Shown in pieces: positions 8,125 to 18,068 of a stretch of 44,348 bases of DNA. This DNA comes from Verrucomicrobiota bacterium (GTDB lineage Bacteria; Verrucomicrobiota; Verrucomicrobiia; Verrucomicrobiales; Verrucomicrobiaceae). The DNA lies in the NCBI GenBank assembly GCA_021413535.1, contig JAIOQF010000202.1, positions 1 through 44,348 on the forward strand, written 5' to 3'. A program made the position numbers and the translations under genes. The notes beneath the pieces were generated by a model. The model did no database searches, was not told the origin of the DNA, and was given only the letters and a program-made list of their open reading frames with translations. Position 1 is the stretch's first letter. The number at the start of each line of letters is the position of its first letter.

Positions 8125-9363
8125 TCACTTCAGCTCCGTGATCCTTCGGCAAACTTCCTCCACATTCGCGCGGCTGTTGAACGCGCTGATTCGGAAGTAA
8201 CCTTCGCCTGCGCCGCCGAAGCCGGCACCAGGGGTGATGACCACATTCGCCTCATGCAGCATCTTGTCGAACATCTGCCAGCTGGTCACACCCTCAGGAC
8301 AGCGCACCCAGACGTAGGGGGCATTGGCACCTCCGTAGACTTTGAGCTTGGCTTTCTTGCAAGCCTTCACGAGCAGCGCGGCATTGCCCATGTAGTGCGC
8401 AATGAGCGACTTGACCTGTGATTTGCCCTCGTCGGTGTAGAGTGCCTCGGCGCCGCGTTGCACGATATAGCTCGCGCCGTTGAACTTGGTGCTGTGACGC
8501 CGCGACCAGAGCGCGTGGATAGATTGTTTGGCCCCGGCTTTCGTGGTGCCCATGAGTGTTTTCGGAATAACGACAAAGGCACAACGCACGCCGGTGAAGC
8601 CGCCGTTCTTCGAGAAGCTGCGGAACTCGATGGCGCAGTCGCGCGCGCCTTCAATTTCAAAGATGGAATGCGGAATCTCTGGATCCTGGATATAGGCTTC
8701 GTAGGCAGCATCAAAGAGCAGCACGCTGCCGTGCTCGCGCGCGTAGTTCACCCAGGCCGTGAGCTGCTCGCGAGTGGCGACGGCACCCGTGGGATTATTC
8801 GGGTAGCACAGATAGACTAGATCGACTTTCTTCTTCGGCACCGGTGGCACGAAGCCATTGCGCGGCGAACATTTCAAATAGACCAGGCCGCCGAACGCAC
8901 CGGTCTTTTCATCCGCGTCGCGAGTGTTGCCAGCCATGACGTTGGTGTCCACATAGACGGGATAGACCGGATCGGTGATGGCGATCTTGTTTCCTTTGCC
9001 GAAGATGTCGAGGATGTTGCCCGTGTCGCACTTTGAACCGTCGCTGATGAAAATCTCATCGGCTTCGATATTGATGCCGCGCGCGTGGAAATCATTAGTC
9101 GCTATTGCCTTGCGCAAAAATTCGTAGCCTTGCTCCGGGCCGTAGCCATGGAAGGAATCGCGCACACCGAGTTCGTCCACTGCCTCGTGCATCGCATAGC
9201 GTGCAGCCTCCGGCAGGGGCTCCGTCACGTCGCCAATTCCACAGCGGATGAGGCACTTGGCGGCGTCGGCATTGGATTCCGTGAACGCCTTTACGCGGCG
9301 AGCAATTTCGGGAAAGAGGTAACCAGCTTTGAGCTTGAGGAAGTTTTCGTTGATGAGGGGCAT
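8125..9363 (-). CDS. dapL: LL-diaminopimelate aminotransferase
   Basis: N-terminus [27 protein letters not shown] is the hallmark DapL start seen in Chlamydiae, plants and cyanobacteria. Class I/II aminotransferase body with [15 protein letters not shown] (PLP lysine). Confidence 0.9.
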   Translation of the reverse strand: MPLINENFLKLKAGYLFPEIARRVKAFTESNADAAKCLIRCGIGDVTEPLPEAARYAMHEAVDELGVRDSFHGYGPEQGYEFLRKAIATNDFHARGINIEADEIFISDGSKCDTGNILDIFGKGNKIAITDPVYPVYVDTNVMAGNTRDADEKTGAFGGLVYLKCSPRNGFVPPVPKKKVDLVYLCYPNNPTGAVATREQLTAWVNYAREHGSVLLFDAAYEAYIQDPEIPHSIFEIEGARDCAIEFRSFSKNGGFTGVRCAFVVIPKTLMGTTKAGAKQSIHALWSRRHSTKFNGASYIVQRGAEALYTDEGKSQVKSLIAHYMGNAALLVKACKKAKLKVYGGANAPYVWVRCPEGVTSWQMFDKMLHEANVVITPGAGFGGAGEGYFRISAFNSRANVEEVCRRITELK

Positions 9364-9427
9364 GGGGGAGGAAGGTTTGCAGTGGTAGGCGGTTGTTGCG
9401 TTTTATTAAAAAACAATCGGCAGAATA

Positions 9428-9484
9428 CGCAGATTTCACCGATTCCGATACAGAGCCAGAGTCTTCAATCGGCGTCAATCTGCG
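9428..9484 (-). promoter_or_regulatory. interrupted stem-loop between the isomerase stop and the dapL start
   Basis: CGCAGATT (9428-9435) pairs with AATCTGCG (9477-9484), and the inner CCGATT (9439-9444) pairs with AATCGG (9467-9472). There is no adjacent U-tract, so terminator versus leader function is unresolved. Confidence 0.3.
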
Positions 9485-9490
9485 GATTAT

Positions 9491-10408
9491 TCAAGTGAGC
9501 TTTGCGCCGAGGCGCACAAGCATCGCTTCGAGCATGCTGCCGTATTTGACGTAGCTGTCATACTGCTCTTTCGCTTTCTGCTCCGGCGACAATTCATCTG
9601 CCGCACCAGCACTGTGAAAAACTACGGCGACATGCGGCTCGATGCTAATGTAGCCGTCGTAACCGATTTTCACGAGGTCAGACATGATGCGCTCGATCTG
9701 GCCGTCACCTTCGCCGGGATAAGTGTAGTCGGCGTCTTTCTTCGCCGGATTCCAGCGGGCGTCTTTCACATGGACGTGCGCCATGTGCGGCTTGATGGCC
9801 TGATACATCTCCCAAGAGTCTTGCATTTTACCGGGGTGATCGCGGTCCGCGTTGAAAACGGGATTGCCGGTATCGAAGACCCACTTCAATCCGGGCACGG
9901 CTTCGGTAAGGCGTTTCACATAGCTCACACCCAGGCCACCCCAGTTCATGCAGTTCTCATGCCCCACGGTGAGTCCGGCATCGGCGAAGCGCCGGTTGAT
10001 CTCGTTCATGCGCCGGATGCGCTCAGCGGGATATTGCTCCGCAGCATCGCTGCCGTCTGCATTCTTGCAGATGGCGTAACTCATCACGCGGATCAGCTTC
10101 GTGCCGAGCTTTTGCATTCGAGGTATGGCCCGGCTGATTTCTGCTTCGGTGATAGAAAAATCATCGGTAATCTTTTTCGCCCAGTTGCCGATGAGCGAGC
10201 CGAAGCCGCTGATCTTCATGTTCGATGCCGCAAGTTTTTCGCAAGCTCTCTCAAACGTCGCCTCGGGAATTTCATGCAGGTTGCCCTTCACGCCGTCGAT
10301 TTCCACGCCTCGCGCCTCGATGCTGTCCCAGCCGAGTTGCTGATGCGCTTTGATTTGCCCATCGAGCGTCGCGCCCGCTTCGTCTGCAATGCCAGTAAGT
10401 TTGATCAT
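9491..10408 (-). CDS. sugar phosphate isomerase/epimerase (xylose-isomerase-like TIM barrel)
   Basis: MIKLTGIADEAG..., GHENCMNWGG, HVHVKDA and YISIEPH are typical metal-ligand segments of the AP-endonuclease-2/xylose-isomerase-like fold. ATG at 10408 chosen within track ORF 9491..10504. Confidence 0.8.
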   Translation of the reverse strand: MIKLTGIADEAGATLDGQIKAHQQLGWDSIEARGVEIDGVKGNLHEIPEATFERACEKLAASNMKISGFGSLIGNWAKKITDDFSITEAEISRAIPRMQKLGTKLIRVMSYAICKNADGSDAAEQYPAERIRRMNEINRRFADAGLTVGHENCMNWGGLGVSYVKRLTEAVPGLKWVFDTGNPVFNADRDHPGKMQDSWEMYQAIKPHMAHVHVKDARWNPAKKDADYTYPGEGDGQIERIMSDLVKIGYDGYISIEPHVAVVFHSAGAADELSPEQKAKEQYDSYVKYGSMLEAMLVRLGAKLT

Positions 10409-10596
10409 GATCAGAGCAGTGATGCCTTCGAGTCTCACGATGCGCAAGGTTGGATTTCTCAATTTGCCAAGACGATATTCGCAATCAATCGGCAGCCAGA
10501 TCACGAACGGGGAACATCACGATAGCTTGCACGGTTTCTCCAAGCTGCTATGTGCGGCAGGTGATTTTTTCTTTCAAGACTGATGAGTTCTGGCGC

Positions 10597-12666
10597 ATGA
10601 CTGCGCCGGGCGCGACCATTTGCCGTGAGGGTGTTGCGTTTGCGGTGTATTCGCGTGCGGCACATGCTGTTGATCTCTGCGTGTTTGATGAGCACGACCC
10701 TGCGCGCGAGAAACTTCGGCTGCGGCTGGAGCGCGGAGAGGATTTTTTCTGGCGTGGTTTCGTCCCTGATCTCACTGCTGGAGCGCTTTACGGTTTCCGC
10801 GCTCACGGTCCTTGGGAACCGACACATGGTCACTGGTTCAATCCAGCGAAGCTGTTGCTCGATCCTTATGCCAAAGCAGTCATGGGTCTGCCTGCATGGA
10901 ATTCGTTGATGCAAAACCTGGCGGTGGATGGTTCTCAGGATGCCCGGGACAACGCCCATGTGGCCTTGAAGTCCGTGGTGATTTGCGATGCATTTGACTG
11001 GGGCGATGATGCACCGCCGCGCACTCCGTGGCCAGACACGGTCATCTATGAAGCGCATGTCCGCGGCTTCACCAAGATGCATCCGAAGGTGCCGAAGAAG
11101 TTTCGGGGAACCTACGCCGGGCTGGTCCATCCCGCGGCGATCACTTATCTCAAGGAACTTGGCATTACTGCCGTGCAACTACTGCCGGTGCATTTGCATC
11201 TGAACGACGGATTTCTCATCGCGCGCGGACTGACTAATTATTGGGGATACAATACTCTTGGATTTTTGGCCCCGCATCCGGAATACGCCTCGGCGGGCGA
11301 TCCTCAGGCGCAAGTGGACGAGTTCAAGACCATGGTGCGCGAACTCCATCGTGCGGGGATCGAAGTCATCCTCGACGTCGTTTACAATCATACTGCCGAA
11401 GGCGATGAGAACGGATCGCTGCTGTCGTTGCGCGGGCTGGATAATCCGGGTTACTACATGCTCAATCACGATGCGCACACGCTGAATTACACCGGCTGTG
11501 GCAACACGGTGAATGCCGCCGCGCCGCCTGCGCTGCGGCTTGTTCTGGATAGCTTGCGGTATTGGGTTCAGGAGATGCACGTCGATGGATTTCGCTTTGA
11601 TCTGGCCGCTACCATGGGCAGACGCGGACCTCACTTTGATCCCGAGGCACCGTTCTTCCAGGCCATAGCCAATGACCCGGTGCTCTCGCGTGTGAAAATG
11701 ATCGCGGAACCATGGGACCTGGGGCCGCATGGATATCAAGTGGGAGGTTTTCCTCCACCTTGGCGGGAGTTGAACGGTCGATATCGTGACCGGGTGCGTT
11801 GTTTCTGGAGGGGTGATGATGCCGCGTCAGCCTCCTTTGCCAAGCGCGTCTGCGGCAGTGATGAAATCTTTGGTTCCCAAGGACGCCCGCCGCACGCGGG
11901 GGTGAATTTCATCACCTCGCACGATGGATTCACCTTGCGCGATCTCTGGAGTTACGATCACAAGCACAACGAAGAAAATCTGGAAGGGAGTCGCGACGGT
12001 GACAGTCAAAACCATTCGTGGAATTGCGGGATCGAGGGCGAGACTCCAAATGCGGAAATCAAGTCGATGCGCCGCAGACTCGTGCGAGCGAGCCTGGCCA
12101 CCATGTTCTGTTCGTTGGGTGTGCCGTTTCTGACGATGGGCGACGAACGCTGGCGCACGCAGAAGGGAAACAACAATGCCTACTGTCAGGACAGCGAGCT
12201 GAGCTGGCAGGACTGGAGCAGATCAGAAGAAGCATCCATGATTCTGGAATTCACCCAGCGAATGACCGGCTTCAGGCGCGATTATCCTGAACTGCGCAGA
12301 TCGCGGCACTTCACCGGTGCGTTCAATCCCTTCACAGGACGGCGTGACATCGACTGGCTGGATGAACTGGGCGAACCGATGAGCCATCACAAATGGCATG
12401 AACCAACGCGAAAGTTTTTTGCAGCACTGCTCGATCTCGGCGAGCGCGGCGCATTGATGCTGATCTTCAACGCCACAGGCAATGCCATCGAGCTTCCTCT
12501 GCCGAAAGGAGAGTGGAAGCTGAAGTTCGACACTTCTCTCGATGATAGTTTTCCGGAGCTGGCGCAGGAGCCTGGCTGCAAGTCGTTCGTTTCTGCCGCG
12601 CGTTCCGTGGCATGTTTGCTGCTTGAAGCAGAACGCGAGCCTCATCGCGTCGGATTGAATAAATAA
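10597..12666 (+). CDS. glgX: glycogen debranching enzyme
   Basis: GH13 motifs: VILDVVYNHT, GFRFDLA, AEPWD and NFITSHDGFTL. The N-terminal CBM48-like segment (GVAFAVYSRAAHAVDLCVF) is the GlgX layout. ATG at 10597. Confidence 0.92.
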   Translation: MTAPGATICREGVAFAVYSRAAHAVDLCVFDEHDPAREKLRLRLERGEDFFWRGFVPDLTAGALYGFRAHGPWEPTHGHWFNPAKLLLDPYAKAVMGLPAWNSLMQNLAVDGSQDARDNAHVALKSVVICDAFDWGDDAPPRTPWPDTVIYEAHVRGFTKMHPKVPKKFRGTYAGLVHPAAITYLKELGITAVQLLPVHLHLNDGFLIARGLTNYWGYNTLGFLAPHPEYASAGDPQAQVDEFKTMVRELHRAGIEVILDVVYNHTAEGDENGSLLSLRGLDNPGYYMLNHDAHTLNYTGCGNTVNAAAPPALRLVLDSLRYWVQEMHVDGFRFDLAATMGRRGPHFDPEAPFFQAIANDPVLSRVKMIAEPWDLGPHGYQVGGFPPPWRELNGRYRDRVRCFWRGDDAASASFAKRVCGSDEIFGSQGRPPHAGVNFITSHDGFTLRDLWSYDHKHNEENLEGSRDGDSQNHSWNCGIEGETPNAEIKSMRRRLVRASLATMFCSLGVPFLTMGDERWRTQKGNNNAYCQDSELSWQDWSRSEEASMILEFTQRMTGFRRDYPELRRSRHFTGAFNPFTGRRDIDWLDELGEPMSHHKWHEPTRKFFAALLDLGERGALMLIFNATGNAIELPLPKGEWKLKFDTSLDDSFPELAQEPGCKSFVSAARSVACLLLEAEREPHRVGLNK

Positions 12667-12694
12667 TACGCGAAGGGACTCGCCTTCTACTTTC

Positions 12695-14101
12695 ATGCGT
12701 AAAACTAAAATTCTTGTCACGCTCGGTCCTGCGACCGAGAGCACCGAGCGCATCGGCTCTCTGATCAAGCACGGGGCCAACATTTTTCGGCTCAACATGA
12801 GTCACGCCTCACACGATTGGGTGCGCTGCGTCAACGCACGGATTCGCGAGGAGGCCGTTGCCCAGGATACCGACGTGGCAGTTCTGATGGATCTGACCGG
12901 GCCATCGATCCGAACCGGCGACGTGCCGGCTCCCTGGCTGCTTAAAACTGGCGATGTGGTCGAGTTCCGCACCGATGAATCATCGGCGCCGACGATTGAG
13001 CTTTCCACCACCGTAAACTATCCGGGCATCACCAAGGATTTGAAGGCAGGCGATTCTATCTCCATCGACGGCGGACTGATCCAGCTTCGGGCTAGGCTCG
13101 TGAATGGAAATCGCATTCTCGCCGAGGTATTGACGGGGGGTGAAATGAAATCCCGCCGCCACATCAATCTTCCAGGAGTGAATGTGAATCTGCCTCCGCT
13201 GACGAACAAAGATTATGCCGACCTCGACCTTGGGATCGAACTTCATGTGGATTTTTTCGCACTGAGTTTCGCCCGTGAGCCTGCGCACATTCAGCATCTC
13301 GAACTGCTTCTGGCGCAAAAGAACTGCCTGGCCCGTGTCATCGCCAAGATCGAAAATCAGCAGGCGCTGAATAATCTGGACGCGCTGGTTCAAGCCTCGA
13401 AAGGCATCATGGTCGCACGCGGCGATCTGGGCAGCGAGTGTCCTGTCGAAGACCTGCCGATCATCCAGCGCGATATAATCGAACGTTGCTCCTATCACGG
13501 GCGCAAGGTCATCGTGGCCACGCAGATGCTGGAGAGCATGATTGAGAATCCCGTGCCTACGCGTGCGGAGGTCACTGACATCTTTAATGCGGTGACGGAA
13601 CAAGTGGACTGCGTCATGCTGAGCGGCGAGACCAGTGTCGGCAAATATCCCGACCGCTGTGTCGATGTGCTGGATCGTGTTATTCGCCGCACGGAAGAAC
13701 GATATCCATCGGGCCGCTTCGCCTCTGACGCGCCGTTGACGACAAACAAGAAAAAAGTGGCCAAGTCCGCTGTTGTTCTCGCCAACAGCATTCCCGGATC
13801 AAAATTACTTGTCTTCACCAAAGGCGGCGTCACGGCGCATCTTCTTGCGCACCAGCGCCCGGAGTCCGCGCCCATCTTCGCTTTTACACCCAAATTAAAT
13901 GTAAGCCGGACTCTGATGACCGCCCGCGGAGTCTTTCCATTTGTCATGGACTTTGCCGCCAAGCCGAGCACGACCATCGAAGCAGCACTGCAAATATTGC
14001 GCAAGCGCGGGCTGGTTGTCGCGGGTGATCCCATTGTCATCCTCAGTGACGTGCTGCACGATGATCTGGTTGTGGATTCGATCCTTTTGCAGGAGGCTTA
14101 A
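12695..14101 (+). CDS. pyk: pyruvate kinase
   Basis: MRKTKILVTLGPAT, IFRLNMSHASH, IAKIENQQAL, MVARGDLG and VMLSGETSVGKYP are canonical pyruvate kinase motifs. Confidence 0.95.
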   Translation: MRKTKILVTLGPATESTERIGSLIKHGANIFRLNMSHASHDWVRCVNARIREEAVAQDTDVAVLMDLTGPSIRTGDVPAPWLLKTGDVVEFRTDESSAPTIELSTTVNYPGITKDLKAGDSISIDGGLIQLRARLVNGNRILAEVLTGGEMKSRRHINLPGVNVNLPPLTNKDYADLDLGIELHVDFFALSFAREPAHIQHLELLLAQKNCLARVIAKIENQQALNNLDALVQASKGIMVARGDLGSECPVEDLPIIQRDIIERCSYHGRKVIVATQMLESMIENPVPTRAEVTDIFNAVTEQVDCVMLSGETSVGKYPDRCVDVLDRVIRRTEERYPSGRFASDAPLTTNKKKVAKSAVVLANSIPGSKLLVFTKGGVTAHLLAHQRPESAPIFAFTPKLNVSRTLMTARGVFPFVMDFAAKPSTTIEAALQILRKRGLVVAGDPIVILSDVLHDDLVVDSILLQEA

Positions 14102-14165
14102 AATTACGCTGGCGCCAGCATTATCTTGAAGTCCATCGGCTTTACGCTTGGATGATGAAGTTCAG

Positions 14166-15923
14166 ATGTCCGTCGATACTCTTACAGTTCATGCACGCCG
14201 CATCGCTGCGCTTTATCAGCATGCAGTGGTTGCGGCTTTTATCAAAAGATGGGCCAAGGAACTGGGGATTGGGTTCGCATTGTTCCTGACGCTGGCGGCA
14301 CCGTGGGTGCTTAAGCCGAAGGAGACCTCCGCGCCTTCGCGTTTCGACCGGCGCATTGTGATCATTACCCCGCAGAACGACAACATCCGCCACGAATTCG
14401 GAGTTGCCTTCGCGCGGCACTGGAAACAGAAAACCGGCGAGACGCTTTATGTTGACTGGCGGGTTCCGGGTGGCACTTCGGAAATTTCCATGTTCCTGCG
14501 CTCGGAATTCACCGCGGCATTTCAGCGGCATTGGACGCATGAATTGGCGAATGAATGGACACCGCTGGTGGCTGCTGCGTTTGGCAATGACAAGGTGACA
14601 TTTTCCAAAGAGCCCGGAGCGATTCTTACGCCGGAGCAGGAGGCGCGGAAGACATTTCTTAATTCGCCTGTTGGAATTAAAATCGATCTTTTTTTTGGCG
14701 GCGGATCGTTCGATTTCGAGCAACAGGCTAAGGCAGGCATCCTAGTCAGCGCCGACGAAAACGGAAAACACGGACTCGGGCCGCTGATGATGCGACGTGC
14801 GGAATGGTTCAAGGATGATGTCATTCCGCAGAGCACGAGCGGCGAGCCTTTCTATGATCAGGAGCAGCGCTGGGTGGGCACCTGCCTCTCGACCATGGGC
14901 ATCGTATTCAATCGCGATGTGCTTAAGCGACTGAAAATCGAGAAAGAACCTTCGCAGTGGGTGGATCTCGCCGATTCGCGCTTGGCCGGGCAGATTGCTC
15001 TGTCGGATCCGAACAAGAGCGGCACTGTGACGAAGGCATTGGAACAAATCATCCAGCAGCAGATGCAACTGGCCGTCGATGAAGTGAGTCGAGAATGGCG
15101 CAAGGAACCCAAAGCTTTCCGCGGGGGCGAGAAAGAAGTCACGAACAAAGGCGTGGCCCTGGGATGGGAGAGGGGACTGCAGCTCATTCAGCGCATCTGC
15201 GCCAATGCGCGTTACTTCACTGATGCTGCGACCAAGATTCCGCTGGAGGTGGCACAAGGCGATGCAGCCGCGGGCATGTGCATTGATTTTTATGGGCGAT
15301 CATTCGAGGAACAATTGCGCAAGGCGGACGGAACGACGCGCGTGGGTTTCATCGCGCCGAAGGGCGGGTCGTCGTTTGGAGTTGATCCCGTGGGCATGCT
15401 GCGCGGCGCGCCGGAACCGGCAGTGGCCGAGGCATTCATGGAATTCGTGCTCAGCGACGAAGGGCAAAAGCTCTGGAACTATCGGGTCGGAACGAAGGGT
15501 GGACCGATGCAAGATGCCTTGCGCCGTCTGCCAGTGCGACGGGATTTTTACACGGAAAGTAATCGCGCATCGATGTCTGATTCGACTGCCCAGCCTTTTG
15601 AAGATGCCAAGGCGTTCACGTATCATCCAGAGTGGACAGCCTCGCTTTCAAATGTGATTCGTTTTGTGGTGAAAGTGATGTCAGTAGACGCGCATGATGA
15701 ACAGAAGCACGCGTGGCGTTTGATGGGACAATATGGGTTTCCTGTTCGCGCAATGGAAGTATTCAGCGACGTGAATTTTGTGAACTATCAGAATGCGCAG
15801 AATCTGGCTGGGGAACTGAAGCGCAAGGACAAGGATCTTGAAGTTCGCAAGGCGCGTGACTATGCCATGCGCTTTCGGCAACAATATGCCCGGGCCGGAG
15901 AACTCGCTCGTCGCGGGCAATAA
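14166..15923 (+). CDS. ABC transporter substrate-binding protein (family-1 solute-binding, Fe3+/polyamine-like)
   Basis: N-terminal anchor helix (LGIGFALFLTLAAPWVL) followed by a periplasmic binding-protein-like body (RIVIITPQNDNIRHEF..., GTSEI..., DLFFGGG). It sits directly upstream of a matching permease gene. ATG at 14166 preferred over the TTG at 14148. Confidence 0.8.
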   Translation: MSVDTLTVHARRIAALYQHAVVAAFIKRWAKELGIGFALFLTLAAPWVLKPKETSAPSRFDRRIVIITPQNDNIRHEFGVAFARHWKQKTGETLYVDWRVPGGTSEISMFLRSEFTAAFQRHWTHELANEWTPLVAAAFGNDKVTFSKEPGAILTPEQEARKTFLNSPVGIKIDLFFGGGSFDFEQQAKAGILVSADENGKHGLGPLMMRRAEWFKDDVIPQSTSGEPFYDQEQRWVGTCLSTMGIVFNRDVLKRLKIEKEPSQWVDLADSRLAGQIALSDPNKSGTVTKALEQIIQQQMQLAVDEVSREWRKEPKAFRGGEKEVTNKGVALGWERGLQLIQRICANARYFTDAATKIPLEVAQGDAAAGMCIDFYGRSFEEQLRKADGTTRVGFIAPKGGSSFGVDPVGMLRGAPEPAVAEAFMEFVLSDEGQKLWNYRVGTKGGPMQDALRRLPVRRDFYTESNRASMSDSTAQPFEDAKAFTYHPEWTASLSNVIRFVVKVMSVDAHDEQKHAWRLMGQYGFPVRAMEVFSDVNFVNYQNAQNLAGELKRKDKDLEVRKARDYAMRFRQQYARAGELARRGQ

Positions 15924-15926
15924 ACT

Positions 15927-16346
15927 TGGAAGATTGCAGATGGAAGATGGGAGATAGAATTCAGAAGTTCGAGGACTTGGAGGCTTGGAAGACAGCCCGG
16001 GGACTCGTTGTCGCATTTTATGGACTCACGTTGGAGTCAGAACTGGCAAAGGATTTTGGTCTCAAGGGACAGATTCAACGAACGGCGGTCTCCATCATGA
16101 GCAATATTGCCGAGGGATTTGAGCGGCTGTCCCCGGCTGAGAAACGACAATTCTATAATGTTGCGCGCGCCTCTTGTGGAGAGCTGCGTTCGCTGAGTTA
16201 TGTCATCGGCGATGTCCAGCCGCGACTTGCGGCGAGATCGCAAGCCATGCAAGCGGACATTGAAAAATGTGGTCGTTTGATATCCGGCCTGATCCGAGCG
16301 AATGAGAAACGAACGGTGTCGTAGTTATCCCATCTTCAATCTTCCA
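15927..16346 (+). repeat. 17-nt imperfect inverted repeat pair bracketing the four-helix-bundle ORF
   Basis: Left arm TGGAAGATTGCAGATGG (15927-15943). Right arm CCATCTTCAATCTTCCA (16330-16346), whose reverse complement is TGGAAGATTGAAGATGG. That gives 16 of 17 positions complementary. Both flanks are built of reiterated AGATGG/GGAAGAT words. Confidence 0.8.
15947..16324 (+). CDS. four-helix-bundle protein (23S rRNA intervening-sequence protein / Avd-like family)
   Basis: MGDRIQKFEDLEAWKTARGLV...GQIQRTAVSIMSNIAEGFERLSPAEKRQFYNVARASCGELRS matches the family signature (DL-x-W, Q-x-x-R-x-x-x-S-x-x-x-N-I-A-E-G, G-E-L). Confidence 0.85.
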   Translation: MGDRIQKFEDLEAWKTARGLVVAFYGLTLESELAKDFGLKGQIQRTAVSIMSNIAEGFERLSPAEKRQFYNVARASCGELRSLSYVIGDVQPRLAARSQAMQADIEKCGRLISGLIRANEKRTVS

Positions 16347-16366
16347 TCTACCATCTCCGAATTTTC

Positions 16367-18061
16367 ATGAGCCGACGAACTTCCTACATGGTCTTCGCCA
16401 CGATGGCTTTGTTCTTCGCGTGCTTTTTCGTCGCGCCCATCTGGACGACGTTGCGGGTGGCGTTTGCCGATGCGCACGGCGGATTCACCATGGATCACAT
16501 TTGGGAAGTGTTCCGGAATCCGCTCTACCGCGAGGGACTGTGGAACTCGTTTCTACTCGGTGTTTTTTCCACGCTGGGCTGCGTGCTGCTGGGCTTGCCG
16601 CTGGCGTTGATTTACACTCGCTACGATTTTCCCGGCAAGTCGGCGTTCAATTCCTTGCTGCTGCTGCCGATGATCATTCCGCCCTTTGTCGGAGCCATCG
16701 GAGTGCGCGCGATGATGGGGCAGGCCGGTGCGTTCAACAGCCTGCTGATCAAGCTGGGCCTGATGAGTGCGGAACATCCCGTGGACTGGCTGGGCAACAG
16801 TCAGATGACAGGAATGATCATCCTCAATGTGTTGACGCGCTTTCCCATTTTGTATCTGAATGCCACGGCCGCGTTGGCGAATCTGGATCCTGCCTTGGAG
16901 GAAGCGGCCGCCAATCTCGGTTGCAAACCCGCCGCGCGCTTCAGGAAGATCATCCTGCCGCTGATCATGCCGGGCGTTTTTGCAGGTGGCACCATCGTCT
17001 TCATCTGGTCGTTCACCGATCTCGGTGTGCCCTTGGTTTTTGACTTCGACCGCGTGACCGCCGTGCAGATTTTCAATCTGCTCAAGGACATCAGCGGCAA
17101 TGCGCTGCCCTATGCCTTGGTGGTGGTGATGCTGGTTTTCACCGTGCTGTGCTACGCGCTCAGCAAGATGTTGTTCGAGCGCGGCAACGCAGCCGGTGGC
17201 GGACGCGCGGTGACGGGGCGCGAGACCATCAAGCTGCCGACCGGAGCTACCTGGCTTTGCACGCTGCTGTTCGTGGTTACGATCGGGGTCATCTCGCTGC
17301 CGCATCTCGGCGTGCTGTTGCTGTCGGTCTCGACTGACTGGTATCGCACCGTGCTGCCCGAGGGATTCACGCTGCAGCATTATCGTGAGGTGCTCAGCTA
17401 CGACCTTACGCTCCGGGCCATCGCAAACAGCGTCAAATATGCCACTCTGGCGACCCTGCTTGATCTCGTGCTTGGCGTGAGTGTGGCTTATGTCTGCGTG
17501 CGCACAAAAATCTGGGGCCGGCAGATTCTCGATGCCATGGCCATGCTGCCGCTTGCCGTTCCGGGGCTGGTGATGGCCTTCGGTTATCTGGCCATGGCGC
17601 GCGAGGGCGAGGGTTTTCATTTTCTCATGATCGGTGAAAATCCCGCCATCCTGTTGATCATCGCCTATGCGGTGCGGCGGCTGCCTTATGTGGTGCGATC
17701 CGCCAGCGCTGGTTTCCAGCAGATCAATCCCGCGCTGGAGGATGCGGCGCAGAATCTTGGTGCATCACCACTGAAGGCGTTAGGAAAAATCACACTGCCG
17801 TTGATTGCGCCGAACTTAATTGCGGGCGGTCTGCTGGCATTTTCCTTCGCGATGCTGGAGGTGTCCGACTCCATGATACTTGCGCAACAGGCTGCGCATT
17901 TCCCGATCACCAAGGCTATTTATCAACTGGTAAGTTCCTTGGGCAACGGCCCGTTTCTCGCCGCCGCGCTGGGGGTGTGGGCCATGGTATTTTTAGGCAT
18001 CACGCTCATCGGCGCTGGCATGATGTTGGGCAAAAAGCTGGGTGCGATGTTCCGCGGGTGA
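16367..18061 (+). CDS. ABC transporter permease with duplicated membrane domain (FbpB/ThiP-like)
   Basis: 564 aa, about 12 TM segments, with two EAA-like loops (LEEAAANLGCKPAARFRKIILPL and LEDAAQNLGASPLKALGKITLPL). Confidence 0.9.
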   Translation: MSRRTSYMVFATMALFFACFFVAPIWTTLRVAFADAHGGFTMDHIWEVFRNPLYREGLWNSFLLGVFSTLGCVLLGLPLALIYTRYDFPGKSAFNSLLLLPMIIPPFVGAIGVRAMMGQAGAFNSLLIKLGLMSAEHPVDWLGNSQMTGMIILNVLTRFPILYLNATAALANLDPALEEAAANLGCKPAARFRKIILPLIMPGVFAGGTIVFIWSFTDLGVPLVFDFDRVTAVQIFNLLKDISGNALPYALVVVMLVFTVLCYALSKMLFERGNAAGGGRAVTGRETIKLPTGATWLCTLLFVVTIGVISLPHLGVLLLSVSTDWYRTVLPEGFTLQHYREVLSYDLTLRAIANSVKYATLATLLDLVLGVSVAYVCVRTKIWGRQILDAMAMLPLAVPGLVMAFGYLAMAREGEGFHFLMIGENPAILLIIAYAVRRLPYVVRSASAGFQQINPALEDAAQNLGASPLKALGKITLPLIAPNLIAGGLLAFSFAMLEVSDSMILAQQAAHFPITKAIYQLVSSLGNGPFLAAALGVWAMVFLGITLIGAGMMLGKKLGAMFRG

Positions 18062-18068
18062 CGCTGGA

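Noticed and set aside
15947-16324. Four-helix-bundle gene as the Avd component of a diversity-generating retroelement
   Set aside because: The window contains no reverse-transcriptase ORF and no template/variable repeat pair. The neighbours are an intact ABC operon. It is treated instead as an orphan IVS-type cassette.
16553-17620. 355-aa minus-strand ORF opposite the ABC permease. Similar shadow ORFs lie opposite glgX (10501..11739), the SBP gene (14142..15257) and the glycosidase gene (39177..40316).
   Set aside because: All have His/Arg/Gln-rich junk composition, while the opposite strand encodes clearly recognisable proteins.
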